From a virus: a stretch of DNA of 64,000 nucleotides. The stretch lies in IMG/VR virus record IMGVR_UViG_3300020473_000015. One strand, written 5' to 3'. A program made the position numbers and the translations under genes. This document shows positions 55,192-63,425 of the stretch, one piece after another. Positions within the stretch are counted from its first letter, which is position 1; each line of letters starts with the position of its first letter. The notes below the pieces were generated by a model. The model saw nothing but the letters and a program-made list of their open reading frames with translations, was not told the origin of the DNA and did not search any database.

Positions 55192-55517
55192 TGTCAGAAT
55201 ACGGCAGTGATAGAAAACAGATTTGCTTTGATAGTGTTACAAAGTTGCATGCCGACCTTAAGATAAGACTGCATCATGATAATATAAAGATAAGAGAATT
55301 TTTTAATGAAATCATAAAAGCATATATCGAAAGAAACGAGCATGTAATAAGCTTTGTAGAAGAGTTGAAAGAAAAAAAGAAAATATCTAAAAATATTAGA
55401 AACAAGAACACTAAAATGTCACAAAAGCAAACACAAACAATTAAGCAATTTGGCTTAGATGAGAAAGATATTGAGGACATATTTGATATAATGGAAAAGG
55501 AGCATCCAGATTTATGA
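55191..55517 (+). CDS. hypothetical protein
   Basis: 108 aa, coupled to the previous gene. Confidence 0.6.
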   Translation: MSEYGSDRKQICFDSVTKLHADLKIRLHHDNIKIREFFNEIIKAYIERNEHVISFVEELKEKKKISKNIRNKNTKMSQKQTQTIKQFGLDEKDIEDIFDIMEKEHPDL

Positions 55518-55753
55518 AGAAATGTTTAGAAAATTGTATAAAAAAGGATAAAAAATGCGGTCAGACTGATTGTCGAGTTTGGATTGATTATGAGAAAGAT
55601 TTGAACTGTTCTCTGCTCTCAGTTAAGAAACACGGCGCAATGACTTTAGAAGAGACGGCAAAGCGATTAAACTTGAGTATTGTGAGGGTGAAACAACTTC
55701 AAGACCGCGCCTTACAAAAATTACAAAAAAACAGACGTTTAAAGGGTCTGTAA
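55514..55753 (+). CDS. stand-alone sigma70 region-4-like HTH protein with a Cys-rich N-terminus
   Basis: MTLEETAKRLNLSIVRVKQLQDRALQKL matches the sigma R4.2 pattern; five Cys upstream. Confidence 0.75.
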   Translation: MKKCLENCIKKDKKCGQTDCRVWIDYEKDLNCSLLSVKKHGAMTLEETAKRLNLSIVRVKQLQDRALQKLQKNRRLKGL

Positions 55754-55761
55754 CTATTTAT
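55753..55761 (+). promoter_or_regulatory. putative late promoter ACTATTTAT
   Basis: ACTATTTATTAAAGAATACGCC is nearly identical to the sheath promoter context ACTATTTATTAAAGAAATAACGCC. Confidence 0.6.
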
Positions 55762-55813
55762 TAAAGAATACGCCAGAAGTACTGGCATTATATCATAAAC
55801 AAGGAGATTTTCC

Positions 55814-56440
55814 ATGAGTGAGAACAAGAACTTATTGAAAGAAGGTACAGTTCGCCGCTTTATGAAATTGGCCGGTACACAGGCAATTGCGAGCGACTTT
55901 TTACAAGAGACATATTACAACCGAGACGAAGAAGGGGTTTTAGAGGAAGCACCAGAAGACGAAGTTGAAGGCGAAGAGGAATTAGATGTGGAAGCTGAAG
56001 CTCCCGCTGAAGATCTCCCTGAAGAGCCACTCGGAGCAGAACTAGAGGACGCTGAAGCAGATGAAGGTGCTGATGAACTAGAGGGTTCTGTCGAAGCATT
56101 TGCACGCGATGTTTTAGAGGTATTTAAAGATGTCGCTGACAAACATGGCGTTGACGTAGAAGTCGAAGAGATGGAAGAACCAGAAGAGATTGAGGTTGGC
56201 GAAATGGAAGTTGCCCCAGAAGAGGCTGGTGAAGAAGGTGAACTAGGCCCAGAAGAAGACGTTGAAGATGAAGAGGAGGCTTTGGAACTCGCTGAAATTA
56301 ACTATGTTGATGAAGAAGCACTTATGGAAACTGTCTATAAGCGAGTTGCTAGTCGCCTTATCAAAGAAAAGCGTTCTGATAAGATGGCTGATCTTTTGGC
56401 AGAGAAAATTAGCAAGCGATTAGCTAAAAAGTCGCGATAA
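55814..56440 (+). CDS. extremely acidic protein, candidate internal head/scaffold-like protein
   Basis: LLKE..RRFMKLAG..FLQE leader and Glu-rich body. Confidence 0.6.
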   Translation: MSENKNLLKEGTVRRFMKLAGTQAIASDFLQETYYNRDEEGVLEEAPEDEVEGEEELDVEAEAPAEDLPEEPLGAELEDAEADEGADELEGSVEAFARDVLEVFKDVADKHGVDVEVEEMEEPEEIEVGEMEVAPEEAGEEGELGPEEDVEDEEEALELAEINYVDEEALMETVYKRVASRLIKEKRSDKMADLLAEKISKRLAKKSR

Positions 56441-56468
56441 TAATATTATTAACATTTTGAGGTTATAA

Positions 56469-56846
56469 ATGTATGAGTTGGTATGGTTTATAGGTGGAGC
56501 TTTCACCTACAGGTTGCTTTCAAGACTTCTTGCTTTAACTCAGGCAGCTATGGTTTTTAAAAATATTGAAGCAAATATTTTAGTTATTCTTGCTGCACTA
56601 GCTGAAGACATGTCATACATCAAAAATCTTAGATACAAATCAATGCAAGAGGCAAACGTTGATATCGAGCACATAAAGAAAAACCGCGCATCAGACGAGG
56701 AATTTTTTGAAGCGTGGAAAGCATCTTGTATTCGCAATATTCATACTTCAGTCCCTAATTATATTAAGCCCTCATTTTCTAGTTGGAGTGAGGGGATGGA
56801 TATAATAAGTGATTTTTACAGGGACCGAAAAAATGAAAGAAAATAA
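56469..56846 (+). CDS. hypothetical protein with hydrophobic N-terminus
   Basis: 125 aa; SD GAGG. Confidence 0.55.
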   Translation: MYELVWFIGGAFTYRLLSRLLALTQAAMVFKNIEANILVILAALAEDMSYIKNLRYKSMQEANVDIEHIKKNRASDEEFFEAWKASCIRNIHTSVPNYIKPSFSSWSEGMDIISDFYRDRKNERK

Positions 56847-57135
56847 AAAAAGCAATATTTTAAAATGGTTCATAAAAGAGGGTGCTTTACGTCAAGAGGG
56901 TAATGTTTATTACGCACCTCGCGCATTTACAGCAAACTCTATAATAAGTTGGGCCAAACAAAAAGCACCCACCCTAAAGCAAGATGAGATAGAATATATT
57001 ATGAAAACAATCAGGCTTTTTTTACAAAAAAAGCTTGACTTAAAGTGGGAAGGTGATAGTATAGAGATATTGTCAAAAATTGTTGACAATCCGCATATGG
57101 AAGAATCACAGATTCAAACAAAAGGTGTCAAATGA
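56833..57135 (+). CDS. hypothetical protein
   Basis: 100 aa from ATG 56833. Confidence 0.5.
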   Translation: MKENKKSNILKWFIKEGALRQEGNVYYAPRAFTANSIISWAKQKAPTLKQDEIEYIMKTIRLFLQKKLDLKWEGDSIEILSKIVDNPHMEESQIQTKGVK

Positions 57136-57809
57136 ATTACTCAAAAACAAAAACAAAAACAAAAGCCAAAGAAGAAAAACCACAGGAGGATTCTCTTGCA
57201 TCTTCACCAATAATTTTACTGAATACATCAAAAGATGAAAATCCTAAATTGAGAATGGTTGGTCTCTTTGGTGATTTGGTAGAGGAAAAAGTAAGTGATT
57301 TAGTTCAAGGGCTCATGGCTCTTAAAGAATATGATATAGAAGAAGAGCGCGAAGATCCAGAAGATCCAGAATCTCCTGTGAGAGCCTTGATCTATAAGCC
57401 AATTAATTTTAATATTTCAACATGGGGTGGTTGCGCTCGTGGCATGTTTGCTGTTTATGATACCATGCGCCATGTTAGGGAATATTGTGACATAGTGACA
57501 TATGGATTAGGAAAAGTCATGTCTGCTGGCGTATTGCTTTTAGCTGCTGGCACCAAAGGTCAAAGAAAAATTGGTAAGAATTGTCGAGTCATGATACACA
57601 GCGTGAGAGCCGATCAGTGGGGCGCAATTCATAATCTTGAAAACGAATTTGAGGAAACAAAATGGCTCCAAGAGCAACACATCAACGCTCTTGTTGCAGA
57701 GTCAGATATGTCAAAGAAACATTTGAAAAAACTTTTAGACAGAAAAGTAAATGTTTATCTCACCGCCAAAGAAGCGGTTGAATATGGCATCGCAGATATA
57801 ATCGTTTAA
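57132..57809 (+). CDS. clpP: ClpP-like protease subunit
   Basis: ISTWGG, FAVYDTM, GKVMSAG (Ser), RVMIH (His), YLTAKEAVEYGIAD; the third triad Asp appears replaced by Asn (KVNVYL). Confidence 0.88.
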   Translation: MNYSKTKTKTKAKEEKPQEDSLASSPIILLNTSKDENPKLRMVGLFGDLVEEKVSDLVQGLMALKEYDIEEEREDPEDPESPVRALIYKPINFNISTWGGCARGMFAVYDTMRHVREYCDIVTYGLGKVMSAGVLLLAAGTKGQRKIGKNCRVMIHSVRADQWGAIHNLENEFEETKWLQEQHINALVAESDMSKKHLKKLLDRKVNVYLTAKEAVEYGIADIIV

Positions 57810-57825
57810 AAAAAGGGAGAAAATC

Positions 57826-58719
57826 ATGGGCTGGAGACACAATCTTTATAATAAAAGATCGGCTAAGAAATATAATTGGGATCCCAGTTGGTTTGAGTCG
57901 GATGATTTTGATGACAATCTTGTAGAAAAGATAAAAGACTTTCAGATGCGCCACGATTTAGACCAAGATGGATTTTGTGGCCCAATGACGTATCGAAGAA
58001 TCCTTTCAGAAAGAGAAGCCCTGGGTGAAGACCTACAGGATGATGGTAAAAAATATATTATTTGTGACGGCGATAAGATTCCCATAGAATGGGATAAGGT
58101 CAGTAATATATATGATGTTAAAAACTACGCACTGCCAAAGGGCTGTTATCGTCGGTGGAAACCTAATAAAAGAAATATTAAAATGATTATTACACACTTT
58201 GATGTGTGTCTTTCCGCAGCGTCTTGTAAAAGGGTGTTGCAGAAAAAGGGCATATCCAGTCACTTTGTTATTGACAATGATGGCACTATATGTCAAATGG
58301 TAGATCCTCAACATGAAGGATGGCATGCTGGTAAAAGGGCAGTCAATAGAGCTTCGATTGGGGTTGATATATCTAACGGCTATTATACAAAATACCAATC
58401 ATGGTATAGGAAAAGGGGATTTGGAAGCCGACCAGTATTAAATGATGTTGTGGTACATGGGAAGAAGTTAAAAGAATGCTTGGGCTTTTATCCAATTCAA
58501 ATAGAGGCTTATAAAACTTTAGTCAAGACCCTTTGTAAATATTATGGAATTCCGCTAGATATGCCGACAGATGTTGACGGAAAAGTATTGCGCGCCGTTA
58601 GCACACCAGTGCTGAAAGGCAAATTTGAAGGTATTGCCAACCACTTTCATGTAACAAAAGGAAAAATTGATACGGCGAATTTGGATTGGGACAAGGTATT
58701 GAAAGAACTTAAGGACTAA
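57826..58719 (+). CDS. N-acetylmuramoyl-L-alanine amidase (Amidase_2) with a PG-binding domain
   Basis: LDQDGFCGPMT; IITHFD, SSHFVIDNDG, GWHAG..NRASIGVDI, NHFHVTKGKID. Confidence 0.85.
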   Translation: MGWRHNLYNKRSAKKYNWDPSWFESDDFDDNLVEKIKDFQMRHDLDQDGFCGPMTYRRILSEREALGEDLQDDGKKYIICDGDKIPIEWDKVSNIYDVKNYALPKGCYRRWKPNKRNIKMIITHFDVCLSAASCKRVLQKKGISSHFVIDNDGTICQMVDPQHEGWHAGKRAVNRASIGVDISNGYYTKYQSWYRKRGFGSRPVLNDVVVHGKKLKECLGFYPIQIEAYKTLVKTLCKYYGIPLDMPTDVDGKVLRAVSTPVLKGKFEGIANHFHVTKGKIDTANLDWDKVLKELKD

Positions 58720-58723
58720 TTAT
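58715..58723 (+). promoter_or_regulatory. putative late promoter ACTAATTAT
   Basis: motif variant 4 nt before ATG 58728. Confidence 0.35.
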
Positions 58724-58727
58724 AATT

Positions 58728-60341
58728 ATGGTTGATATAAATAAATTGGTAGACGCATATTATACCCCACAAGAATTAGATTTAAATACTCTTGTGAGGC
58801 TTATTCAAGAACAGATGACGGGCTTGCAGCCACTAAACGAGAGAGCAACAAAGCCTCAAGTTTTAAGTTGGTCTTCAATTCCCGAGATTCCAGTTTCTGA
58901 GATTGGGTGGTCGCAATTAGACACGACAGAAGGGGGTGAAGAAATTCCATCGGAGCAGCGATCCCAATTGCAGAACTTTTTAAATAATATTGGCGGCGAT
59001 GATTTACAATCTAAATTGCGATCACTCAATGAATTTTATGAAGGTGATGATGAGACGTTCGCACGAATGATTGATGGTGATGCAGGGGCTACAATTTCAC
59101 GAGTAATGTCTTACTTGGTGTTTTATAAGACCCTTACTACAATTATTACAAACTTTAATGCTTCATCTGCTGGATTTTCTTTTGAATCTTTCTTGGGCGT
59201 TCTTTTGGGAGGCCAACAAGTCCCTACAGGCGAAGGCACAATTGCAGACTTGAGAACGGGTGATGGCACTCCAATTAGTTTGAAATTATATTCTGAGACA
59301 AGCGTTGAGGTTGGAGGAAGTTACACCGACTTGGTTAACGACCTTACAGCAGAAGATTCTCGTGGTATGCAATATGTTGTTGTCACAAAAAGTCTAGAAG
59401 GCAAAGACCTTCAAAAGAAAGGAAGGTTAGATTTTTATAGATTTAATTTTAATTTAAGTAATGTTGTCGATATTCTTGCGTTATCAAATGTTAAGCAAAA
59501 CATTCGCCTGATAGAACTCCCAGTCGAGTTTATTAAAGATCCAACAATTGATTATAATGAAGGATTACCGGCAGTTGCGTCGGGAGTTTCTGTTGAAGAG
59601 TTGGAATCCATGTTTGCTGATGGGGTCAGAAAGATAATCGGAGATGATGCAAAGGCTGAAAAACTTTTGCAAGCTCTGGATTGGGCCAATAGCGACGTTA
59701 TTTTTACATCCATAAGCGGCAAGAGAATTCCTGGTCAATCTTCATTAATGCAGAGACCATTAAGGAACCTCGTGATGGATTTGGCTACATCTGCGGAGGG
59801 AGAAGAAGGTTTATATCCCGTCGAAAACGTACCAAAGATTGTCGCTGGCCTTAATATGATTAATAATCAAGTTAAGCAATACCGATCTCAGGCTGGTGAA
59901 AGAAGAAAAGAGTCTCTTGGCAAACTTCAATTTGCAAGCGCAAAGGAGTCTTTTAATTTTTACAGAAACGCTAATGAAGAAACGCGCCGACGCGCTTTAA
60001 AAAATAGTAGAGGGTATTTATTTAGAGATGATTTTAAATTAAATAAAACAAATGTCAAACAAGTAGGTTCGCTCTCTGCTAGTGCTATACCAGAAGGCCA
60101 AGATGGTGTTTATATTGGTTCTATCCGTATTGGTGTAGCCAATGTGCAGCAAATGCTAACTAAAGTTACGGCAGCGGTTAACGAAAAAGTATTTGAAATC
60201 TTCAACAACGTAAAAGTTCTCACCACTAATATTCAAGCATATTTTGCTGGCGGTCTAAAAGAAGATACTCAAGCAGACACTGCAATTGGCGCAGCACAAA
60301 ACATTGAAACAAAGACCGAAGAAATAAAATCTGAAAAATAG
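58728..60341 (+). CDS. large hypothetical protein with a PD-(D/E)XK-like segment
   Basis: GFSFESFLGVLLGG..IADL..PISLKLY resembles a restriction-endonuclease-like core; LVRLIQE..LNE leader. Confidence 0.5.
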   Translation: MVDINKLVDAYYTPQELDLNTLVRLIQEQMTGLQPLNERATKPQVLSWSSIPEIPVSEIGWSQLDTTEGGEEIPSEQRSQLQNFLNNIGGDDLQSKLRSLNEFYEGDDETFARMIDGDAGATISRVMSYLVFYKTLTTIITNFNASSAGFSFESFLGVLLGGQQVPTGEGTIADLRTGDGTPISLKLYSETSVEVGGSYTDLVNDLTAEDSRGMQYVVVTKSLEGKDLQKKGRLDFYRFNFNLSNVVDILALSNVKQNIRLIELPVEFIKDPTIDYNEGLPAVASGVSVEELESMFADGVRKIIGDDAKAEKLLQALDWANSDVIFTSISGKRIPGQSSLMQRPLRNLVMDLATSAEGEEGLYPVENVPKIVAGLNMINNQVKQYRSQAGERRKESLGKLQFASAKESFNFYRNANEETRRRALKNSRGYLFRDDFKLNKTNVKQVGSLSASAIPEGQDGVYIGSIRIGVANVQQMLTKVTAAVNEKVFEIFNNVKVLTTNIQAYFAGGLKEDTQADTAIGAAQNIETKTEEIKSEK

Positions 60342-60342
60342 C

Positions 60343-60371
60343 TTGACAATTCCTGTATAATACATTATAGT
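60343..60371 (+). promoter_or_regulatory. sigma70-type promoter TTGACA-N17-TATAGT for groEL
   Basis: read directly. Confidence 0.75.
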
Positions 60372-60396
60372 TTAAGAAGTCGATATCGGAGGATAA

Positions 60397-61965
60397 ATGT
60401 CACGAAAATATGAGTTTGGCACAAGCCTACATCAAAAAATATTAAATGGAGCAAACATATTAGCAGACAACGTTGCTTCAACTCTCGGCCCGAGAGGCAG
60501 AAATGTTATTTTACATCACCCTGATGAAAGTCCCGTAGTTACAAAAGACGGTGTGACGGTTGCAAAGTTTGTACAACTGGAAGATCCATTTGAAAATGTG
60601 GGCGCACAGATTATCAAACAAGCAGCAGCTAAAACTAATTCTGAGGCTGGAGATGGAACAACAACATCTACTGTTCTTGCTAGAGCTATTCTAGCGCAAG
60701 CGCAAAGATATTTAATGGCTGGCTCCGCTCCAGTGGAACTTAAGCGAGGTATGGATAAAGCAGTAAAAGTTATTGTAGAAAATTTGGAAGATATGGCAAT
60801 GCCAATCAAATCAATGGACGAGGTTGCACACATTGCTACCATTTCTGCTAACAACGATAAGGTTATCGGTAAATTAATTGCAAAAGGTGTTGACTTGGCA
60901 GGTAAAGATGGTGCCATTACAATTGAAGAGGCACGCTCTGTTGACACGACCTTAGATTTGGTAGAAGGCTTTCGTTTTGATTCTGGTTATTTAGCCAGTG
61001 CTTTCGTAACAGATGAAAAAAGAGGTGTCGTTAAATATGATGAGCCAATTATTTTAGTGACGGATGAGAAGATTGATTCTGTTGATGATTTGATGCCAGC
61101 ATTAGAGATCGCAGCCAGAGAAGGAAGACCATTTATTATTGTTGCAGAAAACATTGAAGGACAAGCATTGGCAGCACTTATAATGAATGCGATGCGTGGA
61201 ACAATGCGCGTTGCAGGTATTAAAGCACCGAGATATGGAGAAGAAAGACGCAATATTCTCAAAGACTTAGCCCTTTCAATTGGCGCAACATTTATAACTC
61301 GTCAAAACAATTTAAGATTAAGAGATGTTAAATTAACACATTTTGGTCGAGCCAAAACAATTGAAAGTTCAAAGTCTTTCACTACAATTGTGGGAGGCAA
61401 AGGCGCTATAGATGATGTAGAAAAGAGAATTGATCTTCTAAAAGCGGAGATAAAAGAAACTGACAGCTTGCATGAATGTGAAAAGATTCAAGAAAGAGTT
61501 ACTAGACTTGCAAGCGGCATTGCAGTAATTCGCGTCGGAGCAGCCACTGAAGTAGAAATGATAGAAAAGAGACATAGAATTGAAGATGCTCTGGAGGCAG
61601 TAAACGCGGCACAATTAGAAGGTATAGTTCCTGGTGGTGGTGTTGCATTAATCAGGGCGTCAAGTAAATTAAAAATAGAGTCTGATAATGACGACCAAAA
61701 ACTTGGAGCAAAAATTATTTGTGAAGCAGTTAAAGAGCCACTGAGACAAATGGCTTTAAATGCTGGGTATTCTCCTGATATTCTTATCTCTCTTGTAGAG
61801 AGGGCAAAAGGGAATAAAGGGATTAATTTTAATACTGGTAAATTAGCTGATTTGGTAGAATTAGGAATAATTGATCCAGTTCGGGTAACTAGATGTGCTG
61901 TTCAAAACGCTGCATCTGTGGCCTCGACTTTAATTACAACTAATCATGCCATTATAGAAGGCTGA
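60397..61965 (+). CDS. groEL: chaperonin GroEL (no GGM tail)
   Basis: TLGPRGRNV, TKDGVTVAK, AGDGTTT, EGFRFDSGY, KAPRYG, GIVPGGG, IIDPVRVTRCAVQNAAS. Confidence 0.97.
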   Translation: MSRKYEFGTSLHQKILNGANILADNVASTLGPRGRNVILHHPDESPVVTKDGVTVAKFVQLEDPFENVGAQIIKQAAAKTNSEAGDGTTTSTVLARAILAQAQRYLMAGSAPVELKRGMDKAVKVIVENLEDMAMPIKSMDEVAHIATISANNDKVIGKLIAKGVDLAGKDGAITIEEARSVDTTLDLVEGFRFDSGYLASAFVTDEKRGVVKYDEPIILVTDEKIDSVDDLMPALEIAAREGRPFIIVAENIEGQALAALIMNAMRGTMRVAGIKAPRYGEERRNILKDLALSIGATFITRQNNLRLRDVKLTHFGRAKTIESSKSFTTIVGGKGAIDDVEKRIDLLKAEIKETDSLHECEKIQERVTRLASGIAVIRVGAATEVEMIEKRHRIEDALEAVNAAQLEGIVPGGGVALIRASSKLKIESDNDDQKLGAKIICEAVKEPLRQMALNAGYSPDILISLVERAKGNKGINFNTGKLADLVELGIIDPVRVTRCAVQNAASVASTLITTNHAIIEG

Positions 61966-61966
61966 G

Positions 61967-61975
61967 ACTACTTAT
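61967..61975 (+). promoter_or_regulatory. putative late promoter ACTACTTAT
   Basis: motif variant before ATG 62000. Confidence 0.4.
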
Positions 61976-61999
61976 AAGTGTAGACCGGAGGACAAACCA

Positions 62000-62266
62000 A
62001 TGCCTGATGATGCCGTCGCTTTTGCCGAAATGAATGGGAAATTTGATCAACTTATGCAAAAATTAGATACCGTAAAAGATAAGCAGGAAGAGATGGCCGA
62101 AGATATTGGTAAGATTAAAGAAGCGGTCTACAATCCTGATTCTGGACTTTATGCTCGCCTCAGAGAGCTTGAAAGCTGGAAAGAAACATCCTCTCGCCTC
62201 ATTTGGATTATAATCACAAGTGTTTCTGGCCTCACAATAGCTACAATTTATAAAACTTTATTTTAA
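62000..62266 (+). CDS. coiled-coil protein with a C-terminal TM helix (XhlA/holin-like)
   Basis: coiled coil followed by LIWIIITSVSGLTIATIY; SD GGAGG. Confidence 0.5.
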   Translation: MPDDAVAFAEMNGKFDQLMQKLDTVKDKQEEMAEDIGKIKEAVYNPDSGLYARLRELESWKETSSRLIWIIITSVSGLTIATIYKTLF

Positions 62267-62272
62267 TTTTCC

Positions 62273-62301
62273 TTGACAAATATTTTTCTGTGTTATATAA
62301 T
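62273..62301 (+). promoter_or_regulatory. consensus sigma70 promoter TTGACA-N17-TATAAT
   Basis: perfect consensus read directly. Confidence 0.85.
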
Positions 62302-62325
62302 TATTCGTAAGTAAAGGAGTAGTTT

Positions 62326-62655
62326 ATGCGTGTAAATGTAACTTACTCAGTAGAATTAGATGAAATCAAACAGATACTTCAAGAAATTCTACTGAAGGTA
62401 GAGGATGACGTTGAAAATGTCAGTAAGAATTTTTTAACAGCACAAAGCAATGTAAACAGTGAGAATCAGAATGCGGCAATTGCATCTATTGAGAAATGCC
62501 GTGAAAACCTCTCTTCAATTGACCATTCTTTATTTGATTGTTGGAATATTTTGAATGGGTATCAAAAAACATTGGTGCAAATGAAACAGCTTAAAGCTAT
62601 GGAGCAGTCCGTAGCACAAGCGGAAGGTGTTGACAATAATGTTGAAGGTGGGTGA
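62326..62655 (+). CDS. hypothetical coiled-coil protein
   Basis: 109 aa; SD AAGGAG. Confidence 0.65.
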   Translation: MRVNVTYSVELDEIKQILQEILLKVEDDVENVSKNFLTAQSNVNSENQNAAIASIEKCRENLSSIDHSLFDCWNILNGYQKTLVQMKQLKAMEQSVAQAEGVDNNVEGG

Positions 62656-62881
62656 TTTAGTTTACGCACCTTCAGAAGTTAGCTTATTGAAGTTTAATGA
62701 CAACATAAAGCATGATGACCTTACAAAAACATATGTGGGGCCTTCTCCAATAAAGATACTTAAACTGAAGGTGCCAACAAATCTTTTATTGACAGAGACT
62801 AATTTATTAGATAAAAAATATTTAAAAGTTCTGTATAAGGGAGATGAGTGGTATGTTAATGAAAATGATATTAAAGCATAG
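62639..62881 (+). CDS. small SH3-like hypothetical protein
   Basis: LKVGDLVY..KVLYKGDEWYV. Confidence 0.5.
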   Translation: MLKVGDLVYAPSEVSLLKFNDNIKHDDLTKTYVGPSPIKILKLKVPTNLLLTETNLLDKKYLKVLYKGDEWYVNENDIKA

Positions 62882-62890
62882 GAGGATATT

Positions 62891-63166
62891 TTGGTAAAGT
62901 TAGTAGAAGTATATGAAAGTTCCAAGGGGCATATACTAAGAGAGGTTTTTGTAAACCCGAAACACGTAGTTTCTTTAAGGGAGGACGCTAGATTCTCAAA
63001 AAAACTTCAGGAGGGGCAATTGCCGCCTGAATTAAGAGATGAGCATACTTTTACAAAAGTTACAATGGACAAGGGCTCAACTGGCCTTGAGATAATTGTA
63101 GTTGGCGCACCACACATTGTGGAAAAGAAACTCAGAGGAGATCAAAGGAGCTTGTTAAATGGTTGA
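62891..63166 (+). CDS. small hypothetical protein (FlbD-like xVNPxxV motif)
   Basis: EVFVNPKHVVSLRE; TTG start after AGGAGG. Confidence 0.5.
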   Translation: MVKLVEVYESSKGHILREVFVNPKHVVSLREDARFSKKLQEGQLPPELRDEHTFTKVTMDKGSTGLEIIVVGAPHIVEKKLRGDQRSLLNG

Positions 63167-63425
63167 GAAAACTAAGAAACATTTTACAGTGTATGTGAAG
63201 TCTAAATGTCCTTTCTGCGTCAAGGCGCGAGAAGCACTTTGGGAAAAAGGAGTTGACCATACAATTCACATTATGGACAACAATTCGGAAGGTTTAGATA
63301 ACTTGAAGGAGTTTTATGAGCATCCAACCGTTCCCATTATTTTTTTGGAGAAGAGTGGTAGGGAAAAACTAATTGGAGGCTATACCGACTTAAAGGCTTA
63401 TTTTGAGCAGGAAAGCGATGATTGA
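63159..63425 (+). CDS. grx: glutaredoxin
   Basis: CPFC, TVPIIF, LIGGYTDL. Confidence 0.92.
   Translation: MVEKTKKHFTVYVKSKCPFCVKAREALWEKGVDHTIHIMDNNSEGLDNLKEFYEHPTVPIIFLEKSGREKLIGGYTDLKAYFEQESDD

Noticed and set aside
57084-57115. Extra TTGACA hexamers (about 57084 and 62629)
   Set aside because: No acceptable -10 box at 16-18 nt spacing
761-62925. All minus-strand ORFs and short alternative-frame plus-strand ORFs in the track (e.g. 11696..12070, 27459..27905, 55915..56142, 60516..60947)
   Set aside because: They are shadows of well-supported + strand genes, often mirroring low-complexity acidic or Lys-rich sequence, with no SD or motifs
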